DNA of 64,000 nucleotides. Origin: Mustelus asterias. Taxonomy: Eukaryota. Every line of letters starts with the position of its first letter. Position 1 is the stretch's first letter. The stretch is taken from NCBI RefSeq assembly GCF_964213995.1, contig NC_135819.1:36394001-36458000 (forward strand), in the 5' to 3' direction. The notes under the pieces were generated by a model. That model ran no database searches, was not told the origin of the DNA, and saw only the letters and a program-made list of their open reading frames with translations. The position numbers and the translations under genes are program-made. Below, in pieces: positions 61,870 through 64,000 of this stretch.

Positions 61870-63310
61870 TGAGTACTGGAGGATGGCTAATGTGGTTCCA
61901 CTTTTCAAGAAGAGTGGTAGAGATGAACCAGGAAATTAGAGACTGGTGAGTCTCATGTCAGTGGTAGGAAAACTATTGGAGAAAATCTTGAAGGAGAGAA
62001 TTACTATCCACTTGGACAGTCATGGGTTAATTAGGGATAGTCAGCATGGCTTTGTCAGAGGGAAGTCATGCCTAACAAATTTTTTAGAATTTTTCAAAAA
62101 TGTGACCAAGTGTGTGGATGAGGGAAGTTCAGTTGATGTAGTTTATATGGGTTTTAGCAAAGCTTTTGACAAGGTCGCACATGGGAGATGATCGAGAGGT
62201 TAAAGCACATGGAATTCAGAGAAACTTGGTGAGATGGATCAGAGACTGGCTCGGTAATAGGACTCAAAGGGTAGTGGTAGAAGACTGTTTGAGTGACCGG
62301 ATGCTGGTGTCCAGTGGTGTACCACAAGGACTGTACTGGGACCCTTATTGTTTGTTAGATACATAAACGATATAGATGAAAATGTGGGGGAATGGTAAGC
62401 AAGTTTGCAGAAGACACCTAGATTGGTATGGTGGTTACTAGTGAAGCAAATGGTTGTATGTTATGGGAAGATATAGATGAGTTGGTCAGAAGGGCAGAGC
62501 AGTGGCAGATGATTTTTGACCCTGATAAGTGTGAGGTGATGCACTTTGGAAGAATAAATAAGACAAGGGAGCATTTAATAAATGGCCGGACACTGGGAAG
62601 CTCAGAAGAACAAAGGGATCTTGAGATAATTATTCACAGATCCCTGAAGTTGGCAGAACACTGGAATAGGATAGTTGAGAAGGCATATGGGACATTTGCT
62701 TTCATCAGTCATGGTAAAGAGTATAACAACAAGGAGGTAATGTTGGAGCTGCACAGAGTGTTGGTTAGGCCACAGCTGGAGTATTGTGTGCAGTTCTGGT
62801 CATCTCACTATAGGAAGGATGTGATAGCATTAGAGGGGGTACTGGAAAGGTTCACCAGGATGTTGCCTGGAATGGAGCATTTGAGCTATAAGGAGAGACT
62901 AGGTAGGCTTGGATTATTTTCTTTGGTGCAGAGAAGGCTGAGGAGATCATGATTGAGGTGTCTAAGATTGAGGAGTATGGACAGGGTGAGAAAGAAGCAG
63001 TTCTTCCCCTTAGTTGAGCGGTCAATTACATAGTTTTAGGGTAAGGGGCAGGAGATTCAGAGGGGATTTGAGAAAATACTTTTTCACTCGGTGGGTGGTG
63101 GGAATCTGGTGTGCACTGCCTGGGAAGGTAGTGGAGGCTGGAAACCTTACAACCTTTAAAAAATATTTGGATGAGCACTTGAAAAATCATAACATTCAAG
63201 GCTATGGGACAAGTGCTAGAAAATGGGATTAGCGTGACTTTAGTGGTATTTATTATTGGTGCAGACTCGATGGGCCAAAGGGCCTTTTCTGCAATGTATG
63301 ACTCTGAAAT
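61870..63310 (+). mobile_element. CR1 RT + 3' end, degenerate; flanked by older minus-strand CR1 pieces (about 61500-61830 and 63320-63730)
   Basis: Motifs QHGFVRGKSCLTN, SKAFDKV, GVPQG and LVRPQLEYCVQFW. Confidence 0.9.
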
Positions 63311-64000
63311 CTCATGATTTAAGCAAAATGTTTCTTCTTTATTCTTCCTGCCAATATGAACAACATCACATTTGTCAGATCTTTGTCCCCTCACTTAACT
63401 TCCCTTTGTAGCCTCCTTACGTCCCCTTCATAACTTACTTCCCCATCTATCTTTGTGCCATCAGCAAATTTAGCAACCATACCCATATCCAATTCATTTA
63501 TATAAATCGTAAAAAGTTGCGGCACTGATCCCTGTGGCACACCTCTCATTACACCTTGCCAACCAGAAAATGACCCATTGTTGTCTACTCTGTTTCCTGT
63601 CAGCTTGCCAATCTTCTACCCATGCCAATGCGTAACCCCCCATACCACGAGCTTGTATTTTCCACAATAACCTTCGAGTTGGCACCTGATTAAAAGTTTT
63701 CTGGAAATCGAAGTACGGTACATTCTACAATGTGCAGAACCTGTCAGCACTGTGGATAATCTTGGATTTAATTCATTGTCTCCCTAGATGATAATGAATT
63801 GTTATGCCAGTTTAATATTCAATTACCTCATCATTGGGTGTACAAAGATGTGGCTTCTCACTCATAAAGCTGACAGCTGGTTGGCTAATCATTGCAGGAA
63901 GCATCTTCGACAATTCAAAACTTTCAGACAGCCCAAATAAACCATAAATTTGATTTAATTGTCGATGTGTACTTGCACCCTGCCCATTTCTTTTAGGTGC

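Noticed and set aside
63826-63935. Minus-strand open stretch ending gag|gtaatt (GLSESFELSKMLPAMISQPAV...)
   Set aside because: No convincing acceptor and only vague similarity to the C2 domain end; the next exon probably lies beyond the window.

Overview
This is cartilaginous-fish (shark) genomic DNA, judged from HE1-type V-SINEs, HER1/CR1 LINEs and DeuSINEs; a houndshark/Mustelus-like source is plausible but not provable here. The window lies inside one minus-strand gene, a class II PI3-kinase most similar to PIK3C2G. I reconstructed seven consecutive GT-AG exons: 57551-57418, 52344-52153, 42321-42228, 38284-38190, 25841-25661, 12119-12012 and 1545-1453. They total 897 nt (299 aa), splice in frame, and run from the end of the C2 domain through the helical domain to the kinase N-lobe. 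Most of the remaining sequence is intronic transposon debris: CR1, Rex/Babar, RTE, L2 and Tx1 LINEs, several SINE families, LTRs, Harbinger remnants, Penelope-type hammerhead-bearing palindromes and four minisatellites. Almost all ORF-track entries are repeat-derived. The most unusual signals are: a tandem array of units each headed by a U2 snRNA 5' fragment (34.1-34.6 kb); a perfect 99-bp-arm palindrome carrying a hammerhead motif (35.6-35.8 kb); a minisatellite apparently seeded from a hammerhead core (50.9-51.6 kb); near-identical inverted CR1 copies bracketing a 94-nt exon; and a tRNA-headed element that runs into a LINE endonuclease start. Repeat boundaries are approximate. Family assignments come from recognition by eye, not from database searches.
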